Counted from the stretch's first letter, positions 24,558 to 36,560 are shown. The stretch: DNA of 64,000 bases from Hemiscyllium ocellatum (GCF_020745735.1 NC_083401.1:108807740-108871739), one strand, 5' to 3'. Notes: a model not told the origin generated them from the letters alone. Translations and numbers: made by a program.

Positions 24558-26058
24558 GTAAGACATTAATTAAAATAAATATAGCAAGCTAAGTAACATG
24601 CAGTTGCATATTAAAACTACTGTGTGGGTGACAAAATTTAATCTTAAAACAAATTGAAAACTAATTATTATTTCCTTATTATTCTCCTTATTATTTCCTC
24701 CTCATTGCCTCCATTCCTTTCCTTGCATTTTTTAGTGAAATGAATAATCTTCATTACTATAAGAAGTTTACTGGTATTTGCTGGCTGTCACAATTGAGTC
24801 AGATTCTGCCTTTATATGACACCCATATAACATCATTATCAGCACGAATTATTGAATAATGTTTAGTTTAGAATTCCGAGCATATCTTCCTTTCTTGTCC
24901 AAGCTAGAGACTCGAGCCATTTGTAATATCAATCATCACTTATATGAAATATTCACAACATCAGGACATTCTCAAAAAACCTCTGCCAATGACTGCTATT
25001 TGAAATATAGTAGGTGATGAAAATAGGGGACTCATCCAATTTGGTTGTAATCATCTAGTACAGTATTACACAAGGACTGAGTACCACTAAGCCATCGTCA
25101 GTTGAGGAAACACTTTGTAAAATTTTGAATGATCATTCATAAAGCATTTCACCTTAACTATAGCATAGCCACCTGTATTTCAAAATTCTCTCTTCACTGC
25201 CACAATAATGCCATAAGGATCCCATGCCTTGGGCAAGGAGTCATTGGCCAATTTTTCTGATATGGGGAGAGGTCTCCAACTCAGTTTATGTTATTTATGT
25301 ACCTTGGTACCCTGAGGAAGTCCCATGTCTGGACATCTGCAATATGTACACAGAACATTTAAACTTCTGATTGCAGGTTTTATCCTTCGCAATAGGTCAG
25401 TACCATGCAGATATGAGCCATTTGCCTTATAATTGCGGATCACATCAGCTAGCTGTACACCAAACCATCCCCCACTGCCCTTCAGGGTATTCTACAGCAT
25501 TCATTGCCATCTTTGACCCAGCTCGAGAGAAGCAACTTAATATCCAGATTCATGTCTGTGTTGGGAAAAATACTAATCTGCTCCCCTAACAATCAGTATG
25601 GCTTTTCCAGTATAGTTGAGCCAGCCCTGGTGTCAGAGACTTGGCTCTGGCTGCACTTCCCAGATAACAACCACTTTGAGTATGTATATCTGAATACCAG
25701 TTGGGGAGTGAGATGCCCTGAGGAGATTCTGGCATTATCTGCCTATTTCTTCTTGGTTGCTTAGTGGTTACCTGTTTCCCCTCACTCTGCATATTCTGAG
25801 GTTGCAGTGTAACCACATTTATAATAACTTAATTCAAAAGCTTTACACTTCATCAATTTGCTACTGTGATTCAAGTTGTTGATCAAGCTCCCAAACATAT
25901 AACTCAAGCTATTGCAGCTGATGACACCTCCTGTATAAAGGGCTGTCCATTTCTCATGGAACAGTACGTCAACTCCAAAGACCTGAACTGTCTTAGCATC
26001 TCTCTATCTATTATGTGATACAACTTAGTAGGAAAAAGATAAAGACTTACTAGCTTTA

Positions 26059-26620
26059 AGGGGAGGCAATGGCCTGGTGGTATTATTACAAGATCATTAA
26101 CCTAAAGACCTAGGTAATGGCCTGAGGACCTGGGTTCAAATCCTGCCACAGAAGATTGTGGAATTTGAATTTAACAAAAATCTAGAATTAAGAGTCTGGT
26201 GGTGAAATTATTGAGTGTCGGAAAATTCCATCTGGTTCATTAATGTTCTTTCGGGAAGGACACTGTCACCCCTATCTGGTCTGGCCTACATATGACTCCA
26301 GGCCCAAAGCAATGTGGCTGATTCTAGACTGCTTTATTAACTGGGAGAAAGTGAGGACTGCAGATGCTGGAGATTAGAGCTGAAAATGTGTTGCTGGGAA
26401 AGCGCAGCAGGTCAGGCAGCATCCAAGGAACAGGAGAATCAACGTTTCGGGCATAAGCCCTTCTTCAAGAACCCAGGAAACCTGAAGAAGGGCTTATGCC
26501 CAAAACGTCGATTCTCCTGTTCCTTGGATGCTGCCTGACCTGCTGCGCTTTTCCAGCAACACATTTTCAGCTCTGCTTTATTAACTGGCCAGCAATGCAC
26601 ACATTCAATAAATGAATTAA
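26059..26620 (+). mobile_element. tRNA-derived SINE with family-B LINE tail, interrupted by a fold-back element
   Basis: A-box tggcctggtgg, B-box ggttcaaatcc; colinear with 11430-11795. Confidence 0.75.
26345..26572. mobile_element. Penelope-derived fold-back mini-element, family A, with hammerhead-like motifs
   Basis: About 90 bp near-perfect inverted arms and a tail of about 30 bp on the left arm. Exact 16-bp TSD ctgctttattaactgg (26329-26344 / 26573-26588). Confidence 0.9.
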
Positions 26621-27366
26621 CTAAGACTTGCTTTCCCTCTTATGTTGTCAGTTTAATATAAGAGTGATTTAATTGAAATTCTCTACTTAATATTTATTAA
26701 CAAAATATTTTTTTTTTATTGTCCCGCTCCTAAGACTAACTTGCTAACTTTGGAGAAAAGGAAACTGTCATCGCTATAAAATTAACCTGTAGCTTCCAGT
26801 GACATCTCAGTTTGACCTTTGTTCATTCACTTCAGTGATCCTGACCTGTTTCATACTCCTCTCAGTTTGTTTCACAGTGATCCTGACCTGACTGCACCTG
26901 GAATACTCCAATGTTACTCACCTCTTGGTCTGCCTTACAATGATTCTAACCTTCCACAAACCCCTCTTTGCATTAAGAGGACAGGTAGTATTGTAATACT
27001 TATGATATTAGGATGCTTTGTTTAAGTGATCCTTGTATTGAAAGTTATGTCTGACAACAGAATCTCAACCAATTAGGAGCTGGACTAAAAAAAGTCACAA
27101 TCGATTTAGAAATGGTTATAAAGTGATCTATTTTGCTGAAGGAAGATAAGTCATATATTTGAGAGACTTTTGTCAGGAATTGTCATGTACGACTGATGGC
27201 TAATATTATAGAGCATCATTAAATTGGTTTACTTTAATCTAAGTATATATTTAGTATGAATCATAGCTTATTTCTGGCTTATAATTTAACTTGTGGGAAT
27301 AACTATGATATTAATGAACATCATTGTGCATTATTTGATTTTTTTTTTACATTTCCTCTTCCACAG

Positions 27367-27495
27367 AACGAGTACTGCACTACAAAGAGAATGTTCTGGA
27401 ACAGGTTCTCCAGTGGAGCACACTGCCTGAGCCTGAATCTGCTTACTTGATCATAAAACAGTTTCAAGCTGCAAAAGCCATCAAAAAGTACCTCG
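27367..27495 (+). CDS. ARAP2: ARAP2 coding exon (RA domain end): ERVLHYKENVLEQVLQWSTLPEPESAYLIIKQFQAAKAIKKYL
   Basis: Acceptor tttcctcttccacag, donor G|gtatga, 129 nt, phase 1-1. LHYKENVLEQVL matches ARAP2. Confidence 0.93.
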
Positions 27496-28009
27496 GTATG
27501 AGTGTCTGTTCTTACTTGTCTTTTATCGAAATCAGGCTACTCCACACAAACGTCTGGAATGGAAGTCTCAATAGATGTCAACCCGTTTTGCTGACAGCAT
27601 ATTCGAATTCCACTGCCAGACAGCTCCCCAATTAAACATGCATTTAATTTGTATCGAGGAAGGTGGTTTTAATGTGTGCCTATTAACAATGCTGCTGTCT
27701 ATTTCTAACATTGGAGCCACTAGCAAAACTCCATTTAAGCTGCCTTGAGAAGGTGGTGACAGCCCTCCAGCAGTTGTTGAAGTCTGGGTGGTTATGATGA
27801 TGTGATAATTAAGTTGAGAATACTCGGAATTTGATAACAGTGATGACAAGTACCAGTAGGTGACTGTGTCAGGATGTGGAATGGCTTGAACAGGGATGAG
27901 AGATAGTGTCCCATGTTTTTGGTGAAACAGATTATGTGCTTTCATGAAAGTGTCATGAAAGCGGCCCTTCAGCTTGTTGTATCCATTCCAGTCATCAAAC
28001 ATTCATTTA

Positions 28010-30740
28010 TTCTAATGTCCAGAACTTGGCCATAGTCTATTCTATGGCATTTTAAATGCTCATCCAAATGCTTCTTAAATGTCTTCAGTGTTCCTTCCTC
28101 TGCATAGATTTAGGCATTGAGTTGCCAATATCCACAATCCTCTTTATGAAGAAGTTTCAAGTTTCAAATCCTGTCTAAATCATCTGTTCCTTACCTTAAA
28201 ACTGTGCCTCCTGGACGCTGACCCCTGTACTAGGGGAAAAGTTTTCTTCCCTTAGAACTTTATCCGCCTCAATCGGATACCCCTCAGCTTTCTCTGTTCA
28301 GAGGAAAATAAACACACCTTATCTGGTCATCATTCATAGCTGAATCACTCCAGCCCAGGCAATATTTGGATGAATCTTTTCTGCACCTTCTTCAATGCAA
28401 TCGCATCCTTCCTGTAGTGTGGTGACCAGAACTATGCATTGGCACAATGACTGTGGCCTAACTAATCTTACATACCGCTCCATCATAACCTCCTTGTGCT
28501 TGTATTCAGTGCCTTGACTATTAAAGGCATTTGTCTCAAAAGGTTAACCAACTTATATACCTGTATTACTGCCAAGTCCCTCTGACACTCTGCTCTTTCT
28601 CGGACCCTAACATTCAACATGTCCTCCTTTTCCTTGTTTGTTGTCCTAAAATTCATCACCTCACACTTTTCAGGTTTAAATTCCATTTGCCACTGTTCTG
28701 CCCACCTGACCAGCTCATCTATGTCTGCCTGTCTCCTCACTATTCACTATATCACCAATTTTCATGTCATCTACAAACTTAGTAATCATGTGTCCTACAT
28801 TCATGTAGGTCATTAATGTAGGCAACAAATAACAAGTGAACCCTGTGGTATGTCACTGGACGTACAGCTTCCTGTCACATAAACGTCTTTGACCATCTCT
28901 CTCTGCTTCCTGCCACAAACCTAATATTGGATTCAAATTGCCCTGGACCTCATGGGCTCTTAGCTATTTAACAAGTCTGCCATGTGAGACCTTATCAAAA
29001 GCCTCACTGAAGCCCATGTAGACTACATTGATATGTACTACCTTCAACAACACCAAGCCACCTCCTTCAAAAATTAATTGAAGTTTGTTAGACATGATCC
29101 TTCCTTTAGAAAGCCATGATGACTACTCTTGATTAATCCACACCCTCTTCAAGAGCAAATGAAATCTATCCCTCAGAATTTTTTCACATTGTTTCCTTAT
29201 CTCAGATTTAGACTCACTGGTCTGTATTTTCCTGGATTATTCCTACAATCCTCCTTGAATAGTAGTATGATATGAGCTGTCCTCGAGCACCACTCCTGTG
29301 GCCAGAGAAGATTTGAAAATTATTGTTGGAAACACTGCACCTTCTGCCCTTGTTTCCCACAGCAGCGTTCGGTACATCTGATCTCAGCCTGGGAGATTTA
29401 TCAACTTTCAAGCCCACTAAATCTGCTAATGCTACCTCCTTCCCTCAGTTCAAGTATATCACAAACCCTCTCTCTAGTTTCTAGGCCTGTGTTGTCCTTC
29501 TCTATAGTGAATACAGATGGCAATGTACTCCTTAAAACCTCAGCTGTGAATCCTCTGGCTATATAAGCGTGCATGCGCACACACATCCCTAATAGGCTGT
29601 ACGCTTTCTATGGTTATTCCCTGGCTCTTCCTTTACTTACAAAATATAACTGGATTTTTCTTAATATTATCTGCCAGTGTGTTTTCACATTTCCTGTATA
29701 ATCTTTGACATCCAGGACCCTCTGGACTTGCTGGTCCTACCTTTCACCTGTATAGGTCCTGCACTCTCACTCTTCCTCTTTTTGAGTGTCTCCCACTGGT
29801 CTGATGTAGATTTTCCTGCAAGTAGCTGTACCCAGTCCACTTTAGCCAGTTCCTGTCTTGTCTTATTAAAATCATGATGTGGAGCAGCCAGTGTTGGATT
29901 GGGGTGGACAAAATTAAAACTCACATAACACCAGATTATAGTCCAACAGGTTTATTTGAAAGCACTGGCCTTCAGAGCTTGCTCCTTCATCAGGCAGCTA
30001 CCAAAAGCTAGTCTTCCATATAAACCTGTTGGACTATAATCTGGTGTTGTGTAACCTTATTAAAATCGGCCTTCTCTCAATTCACGCACTTTATTTCATG
30101 TCCATTGTTGTCCTTATTCTTAATTACCTTAAATCTTATTGAGTTATTTATTGTCAGTAGAGTGAAAATGCATCTCCAGAGCCATATCTACCACTAGCTC
30201 AGTTTTGTTCCCTAAAAGTAGGTCCAGTACCAACCCTCTTGTAGATTTTCAATGTGCTGGTTTAAAAAGATCTGGCTCCATTTTAAGAATTCTGACCCCA
30301 TTAAAGCTTTCACACATTCTCTATTCCAATTAATATTGGGGAAGTTCAAATCACCTCCTTGTATTACCCTATACTTTTAACCATCTCTGATAAATGTCTT
30401 TCCACCTTGCCCTGAGTGTTTGGGTGTCTACAGTTCACCCCCAGCATTTGAGGTCCCTTTTTGTTTTTAAGTTCTACACATATAGCCTCACTTGAGGAAT
30501 TTTCTAAGATATTGTCCTTCTTCATTGCAGTAATTAACTCCTTGATCAATGTTAGAACACCACTCCCTCTTGTAAACCAACTGCCCTAGTTAACCTCCCC
30601 ATGCAGATGATGGTGTATTTCTGGTTCAGAGTACAACCCATCTGACCTTTTACAGGTCCCACTACAACCAAAGATAAACTCAGGAATCTCAACACCTCCC
30701 TCCTGTTCCAAATCTTCTGCCAGGCATTCATCTTTATTAT
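28010..30740 (-). mobile_element. Old CR1 LINE (endonuclease plus RT remnants)
   Basis: Minus-strand remnants EAICVELKNKKG, GDLNFPNINW, LAKVDWVQLLAGKS, LKVDKSP and WAEQWQMEFKPEKCEVM; many frameshifts. Confidence 0.85.
29874..30055. mobile_element. Penelope-type fold-back mini-element, family D
   Basis: Inverted arms acaccagattatagtccaacaggtttat / ataaacctgttggactataatctggtgt. Exact 12-bp TSD cttattaaaatc (29862-29873 / 30056-30067). Minus-strand CTGATGA-A-GGAGC-AA-GCTCT-GAA. Confidence 0.8.
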
Positions 30741-30884
30741 TCACCAGTTCCTATACTTGCTGGCACTCAATGGTTCTGTAGTTATCAATAAGTTTTATTT
30801 TAAATTTCATACTTTTTCACATCACTGTCATGGTGGGATTTGAATCTAGGTCCCCAGACCATTACCTGAGTCTTTGGATTATTA

Positions 30885-31012
30885 CTGAAAATGTGTTGCT
30901 GGTTAAAGCACAGCAGGTTAGGCAGCATAACCTAACTGCCTAACCTGCTGTGCTTTAACCAGCAACACATTTTCAGCTCTGATCTCCAGCGTCTGCAGAC
31001 CTCACTTTTTAC
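30885..31012. mobile_element. Penelope-derived fold-back mini-element, family A variant, without hammerhead core
   Basis: Perfect 41-bp inverted arms with a 10-nt loop and a tail on the right. Exact 14-bp TSD tctttggattatta (30871-30884 / 31013-31026). Inserted in a minus-strand SINE head. Confidence 0.9.
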
Positions 31013-31739
31013 TCTTTGGATTATTAGTCCTATGACAATACCACAACACCATCACCTTCCTCCTGGTGATTTGATACAAGGCAGTCTTTGTGTCCTGGTA
31101 ATGCAAAGAGCAGATTTTGAATCCAGTATTATCTATGTATTAATTTGAGTGTAGGTGTTTTATCAACAATAAATCAACAGTACCATTGAAGATGTTGGCA
31201 ACACAGCCTTTTTCAATCTTACTTAAAATCTTTTTTTTCTCATCAGAAGTATTTTACCAACCAAACTGATAAGTCAGCAGCTTCATAATCATACCTGTCA
31301 AATGAAATGTAGAAAAATGGAAAATGTTTGACTCTCAGTAATGCAGATGTACATCCAAAATACCAAGTTGGGAACATTGCTATCAATAAAATTTAGAGTT
31401 GTTTTGCGGCACTGGGATATCAAAAATTGCATGGTTGTTTCCATCTCTACAACTGAATGCTTCTGTCATGGTGAACAGTATTTTACTCATATTCGTGTCA
31501 GTGAATTTATTTGGAAATCTTAAAAGTGTTTTAATTTAATGGCTGGTAGCTACAGTCTTCAAAATTTAGAGCAGAAAAATGAATAATTAATGTTTATATC
31601 CCTTTTGTTCTTTTGAAATTCTTTTTAAATGCATGGTATTTTTATATTAATGATGTATTTTTCATTGGACATCATTCTCCTTGACAGCTGAGTAACAAAA
31701 CATTTCTACAGCTCTGTAAAAACTAACCAGATTAAGATA

Positions 31740-31842
31740 TAAACACCGACAATGTTGGAGGAACTCTGCTGGTCTGGCAATCTGTAAAGGGAAAGAAACA
31801 GTATTAATATTTAAATCTGCTGTAACTCTTCTTCAGAACTGG
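31740..31842 (-). mobile_element. Decayed Penelope family C end
   Basis: ggtctggca...tctgt...gtattaatattt...cttcttcagaact, similar to 17270 and 47655. Confidence 0.5.
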
Positions 31843-32184
31843 CCATTCCCCACTAACCATAAGATACTCCTGAATTCAGCATCCACAACTTCCATTAGAA
31901 GGTGCTAAATAAATGTAATAAAATGCCCCAAAGTGCTTCTTTTTTCAGTTGTTTGTGGGAGGTGCGCAACACTGGCATTTATTGCCCATCCCTGGTTCCC
32001 CTTGAGAAGATGGTCTGAAGAATTTATACAACAAAATATAGCACTGAATTAGATTAGATAACTAAAAAGCTTGATTAGATTGTAAGAAGCAATTTAAAGA
32101 AGGGAAGTAAGGAAGGAGAGTATTCCAAAGCTTAGGGTCTGGGTAACTGAAGGCATGTTGAACAACCTTGGAGTGAGTCGAATT

Positions 32185-32540
32185 GTAGAGTCATAGAGAT
32201 GTACAGCACAGAAACAAGCCCTTCAGTCCAACTCGTCCATGCCAACCAGATATCTTAATCTCGTCCCATTTGCCAGCATTTGGCTCATTCCTCTAAACCC
32301 TTTGCATTCATATCCCCACCCAGATGTTTTTTAAATGTTGTGTTTGTGCCCATCCCATCACTTCCACTGGCAGCTCATTTCATATATGCACCACACTCTG
32401 CATGAAAAGGTTGCCCATTAGGTCCCTTTTAAATCTTCCCCCTCTCACCTTAAACCCTCTAGTTTTGGCCTCCTCTCCCCTGAGGAAAAAACCTTAGCTA
32501 CTCACCCCTTCCATTTCCCTCATGATCTTATCGACCTAAT
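32185..32540 (-). mobile_element. HER1/CR1 LINE 3' fragment
   Basis: Colinear with 56557-56920. Confidence 0.85.
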
Positions 32541-32794
32541 GCTCATGACACCAGAGTTGATTGAACCTGGATACCTGGGAAAGTTGTGGCCACAGAATGT
32601 ACAAAGATAAGGAAGAACACAGAATTGTTCTGGTGCAGAAGGAACCTAGAAGGAAAAACTGGCAGAAAAGAAGTTAAAGAAAGCAATTGGTTCAGGCAGG
32701 GCAAGGACAAAATAAACGTTGGCACAGTGCTACAGTGGAAGGAAAGAAAGCGGCAAATGCAGCTGATCTGTTCACCTCAGTATTTTTAACAAAG

Positions 32795-33450
32795 GAGTCC
32801 ATGACCAGTGGAGTGCCACAAGGATCGGTGCTAGGTCCTCTACTTTTTGTCATTTACATAAATGATTTGGATCCGAGCATAAGAGGTGCAGTTAGTAAGT
32901 TTGCAGATGACACCAAAATTTGAGGTGTAGTGGACAGCGATGAAGGTTACTTCAGATTACAACAGGATCTTGACCTGATGGGCCAATGGGCTGAGAAGTG
33001 GCAGATGGAGTTTAATTCAGATAAGTGCGAGATGCTGCATTTTGTGAAAGCAAATCTTAGCAGGACTTATACACTTAATGGTAAGATCCTAGGGAGTGGT
33101 GCTGAACAGAGAGACCATGGAGTGCAGGTTCATAGCTCCTTGAAAGTGGAGTCACAGGTAGCTAGGATAGTGAAGAAGGTGTTTGGTATGTTTTCCTTTA
33201 TTGGTCAGAGTATTGAGTACAGGAGTTGGGAGCTGAAAATGTGTTGGAATGAGCTGTCAGAGGATATGGTGGAGGCTGATACAATTGCAACATTTAAGAG
33301 GCATTTGGATGGGTATATGAATAGGAAGGGTTTGGAGGGATATGGACTGGGTGCTGTCAGGTGGGACTAGATTGGGTTGGGTTATCTGGTTGGCATGGAC
33401 GAGTTGGACCGAACGGTCTGTTTCCATGCTGTACATCTCTATGACTCTAT
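32795..33450 (+). mobile_element. HER1/CR1 LINE RT plus 3' end with an internal deletion
   Basis: [21 protein letters not shown] and [10 protein letters not shown] motifs; jumps from EYRSWE to WNEL; ctctatgactctat tail. Confidence 0.92.
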
Positions 33451-33879
33451 TTGCTCATATATAGCATTGGTGCTGAAGGTAAAACAGACTTGAGAAATAG
33501 GGAGTTATATTTGCCTTCCAAGATGTTCCTTGAATAGTGAGCAACATTTCAGTCGATGGGAAGGGTGTAGATGTGCTTTACATGATTCTGCCAAAGCTAT
33601 GGGGAGAGGTTAAACAACTTGCTTACCATATCTTTTCAAATGAACATGCCTTAGACTTGAGGGAGTGGAAATCCTTAGAAGGAAATGGAGATGAGTGTAA
33701 TAGCAGGAGAAATGACTAGGATTAGAAACTGTGCTGTTTTGTTGTGAGGTGGGGCACCTATATTATGAAAGAGTTACACAGAGGGCTCAGCTTCCATTCT
33801 CATCGATAATCTTATGCTGTTGAAATGGCCTAGTCCAAGCAAAACTGAAAACAATGGGAATCCAAGGAGACGGCACCCT

Positions 33880-35020
33880 CTGCTGGTTGGATTCATACTT
33901 AACACAAAGAAAGAAATCCTGAAAGTCAAATATCTTAGTGTCAGGACATCACTGCAGAAATTCCTCAGGTAGGCCCAACCATCTCATTAGTATCATCAAG
34001 AACTTTCTTTCCATCATCAGGTCAGAAAAGACAATGTTTATTGACAAATGAACAATGCCACCACAGTTAGTATCTCCTTAGATACTGAAGCTTGTTCCTA
34101 TCCATGTATGACAACACCCGGACAACATTCAGGCTTGGAGAAATGCATGTCAAATAACACCGCACCACACAAGTTCCAGGCATTGATCATTCAATTAAGT
34201 GAATCAAGCCACCTTGCCTTGAAATTCAATAACATAACCAATGCAGAATACTTTCTGCCAACTTCCTCGGGGTTACCTTTGGCCAGAAACTGAGTCGAGA
34301 ATGTGGTACTGGAAAAGCACTGCAGGTCAGGCTGCATCCAAGGAGCAGGTTCTCCTGCTCCTCAGACCTTGTCTGACCTGCTGTGCTTTTCCAGAACCAC
34401 ATTCTCAACTCTGATCTCCAGCATCTGCAGTCCTCACTTTACCTTTTCGCCAGAAACTGGTCACATAAATAAATTGGAGCAACAGTGGCCCTGAGACTGG
34501 AACCTCTGCAATAAACAGCTCAATTCCTGCCTTACTTGAGTCTGCCCACTATCCACAAGTCAGGTCTGTGATGAAGTAATCTCTACTCGCATAGATAAGT
34601 GCAATTGCACGACACTCTTGACTTATTAGCATCCAAGAGAGAGCAGTCCACATGAATGGCATCCCATCCACCTATACTCCTCTCACCTCTCACATATGGT
34701 AGCAGCAACGTGTACCAACTACATGTTGCTCTGCAGAATGTTTTAAATGTCCTTCAGCAGCAAGTTCGAAACCTGTGTCCTCTACCATGTTGAAGGACAA
34801 GAGCAGAAATTACATGGGAACACCACCACCTGCAAATTCTCCTGAAAGTCAGACAGTCCTGACTTGGAAATGCATCACCGCCTTCAACCGTGATGGCTCA
34901 AAGTCCTGGAACTCCATCCCAAGTAGCACTGTGGACTGCAACAGTTCCTGAAGGCGACTCAATACTGTCATCCAAAGAGAAGATTTTGAATTGCCCATAA
35001 TTCACATTTCCATGAAAGAA
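33880..35020 (+). mobile_element. Old CR1/L2-clade LINE family B fragment
   Basis: Colinear with 15740-16400 and with the reverse complement of 61430-61760. Confidence 0.7.
34293..34448. mobile_element. Penelope-derived fold-back mini-element, family A, without hammerhead core
   Basis: Inverted arms of about 55 bp with the tail on the right. TSD gccagaaactg (34282-34292 / 34449-34459). Confidence 0.85.
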
Positions 35021-35139
35021 TAAGTAAGGGAAAAGAAGTTTTCATCTCCCCTGTGGTCCTTTCACAAATTATTTTAAATCTGTGACCTATGTGGAAAGTG
35101 AATAGATCCGAATCATAAAAAATCCTCAAAGTTTTGAGT

Positions 35140-35555
35140 ATGTAGAGAGGCTGTGACTTTTCCCTGGTGCATCAGAGACTGAGGATTAACTTTACAGAGA
35201 TTTACAAAATCATGAGGGCATGATTGGGTAAATAGACTTAGGTCTTTTCCCTGGGGTAGTAGAGTCCAGAACTAGAGAGCAGAGGTTTAGGGTGAGAGGA
35301 GAGAGATTGCAAAGGGACCTAAGGAGTAGCTTTTGCATGCAGCGGATGGTGCATGTATGGAATGAGCTGCCAAAGAAAATGGTGGAGGCTGGTACAATTA
35401 CAGCACTTGAAAGGGTGAGTATATAAATAGGAAGGGTTTAGGGGGATATGTGCCATGTGCTGGCAAATGAGACTAGATTAATTTAGGATATCTGGTCAGT
35501 ATGGACGAGATGGACGGAGGTTCTGTTTCCATACTGTACATCTCTAAGACTCTAT
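35140..35555 (+). mobile_element. HER1/CR1 LINE 3' fragment
   Basis: IYKIMR, SRTREQRFRVRGER and WNELP motifs; 3' end ctgtacatctctaagactctat. Confidence 0.85.
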
Positions 35556-36163
35556 GTCTATTAAAACTGCCCTTAACCTTAAAACAATCAATTCTAGTTT
35601 TTATATTGTCTCCATAGATACAAAGCTATTCACCTTTGGTATAATTCTGATAAGTCTGCTTTAAACGCTCCCAATGTTTGGTATCTTTTTAAATACATTA
35701 GCAGAGCATAAGCTGTGAATAAAATGGCATTATAAGCCTACTTACTTTATATGTACTTCTGTGGTTCAAGGGGCATTCAGCAATGCCTTCTCAAGGACAA
35801 CAGGAGGTGAGCAATAAATGTGGGCTCAGCTAGTGATGTGCACCTCCCATGAGTGAATTGGATAAACTCGTATGCTTTTTTGTACTTTGAGGCCAAAGAA
35901 ATGCAACTTGGGCATTCCGTGGCATTCAGATTCTGAGTCCACCTCCAAACCCTGCATCCTCCATATAGTTCACTTCAGGGCAGAAAATCCACTGTTCTTA
36001 CCCCTTTTTTGTCTCTAACTTTATGCTCACGATGGTGTAATTGCTCCCTAATCAACCTGTACGATGGCCCAACAGGCACTCAATTCAAGGGTGACTAGGA
36101 TTAGCAACAAATGTTGGCTTCGCTAGCAAAGCCCACATCAGATAAAATAAGAAGTAAATCCTT

Positions 36164-36229
36164 TCATGATTTGGGGATGCCAGTGGACCTGTTGGACTAT
36201 AACCTGGTGTTGTGTGATTTTTAACTTTA
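36164..36229. mobile_element. Minimal 66-bp family D Penelope-type insertion
   Basis: Tail catgatttggggatgccagtg joined to the opposite-orientation arm cctgttggactataacctggtgttgtgtgattttt. TSD taaatcctt (36155-36163 / 36230-36238). Confidence 0.7.
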
Positions 36230-36338
36230 TAAATCCTTGCAGAGCTTATTTGTTTTAAAAACAAACATTTCTTTCACAAACTCATCAACGACAGATAATC
36301 CTCGGATAACCTCCTAAAATGGTCAGTTAAAACGTAAA

Positions 36339-36560
36339 GAGGAGAAAGTGAGGACTGCAGATGCTGGAGATCAGAGCTGAAAATGTGTTGCTGGAAACGC
36401 ACAGCAGGTCAGGCAGCATCCAAGGAACAGGAGAGTTGACGTTTCGGGCATGAGCCCTTCTTCAGGAAGGGCTGAAGAAGGGCTCATGCCCGAAACGTCG
36501 AATCTCCTGCTCCTTGGATGCTGCATGACCTGCTGTGCGTTTCCAGCAACACATTTTCAA
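36339..36560. mobile_element. Penelope-derived fold-back mini-element, family A, with hammerhead cores on both strands
   Basis: About 90 bp arms. TSD ttaaaacgtaaa / ttaaaatgtaaa (36327-36338 / 36561-36572). Confidence 0.9.
36472..36499 (+). ncRNA. Minimal hammerhead-ribozyme-like core
   Basis: CTGAAGA A GGGC TCAT GCCC GAA ACGT C. The 5' strand of stem I is replaced by the junction. Mirror copy on the minus strand at 36438-36465. Confidence 0.55.

Noticed and set aside
26345-26572. Classical MITE or pre-miRNA interpretation of the palindromes
   Set aside because: Arms are asymmetric, TSDs are long and variable, and the arms match a GIY-YIG Penelope end. There is no evidence for a specific miRNA.
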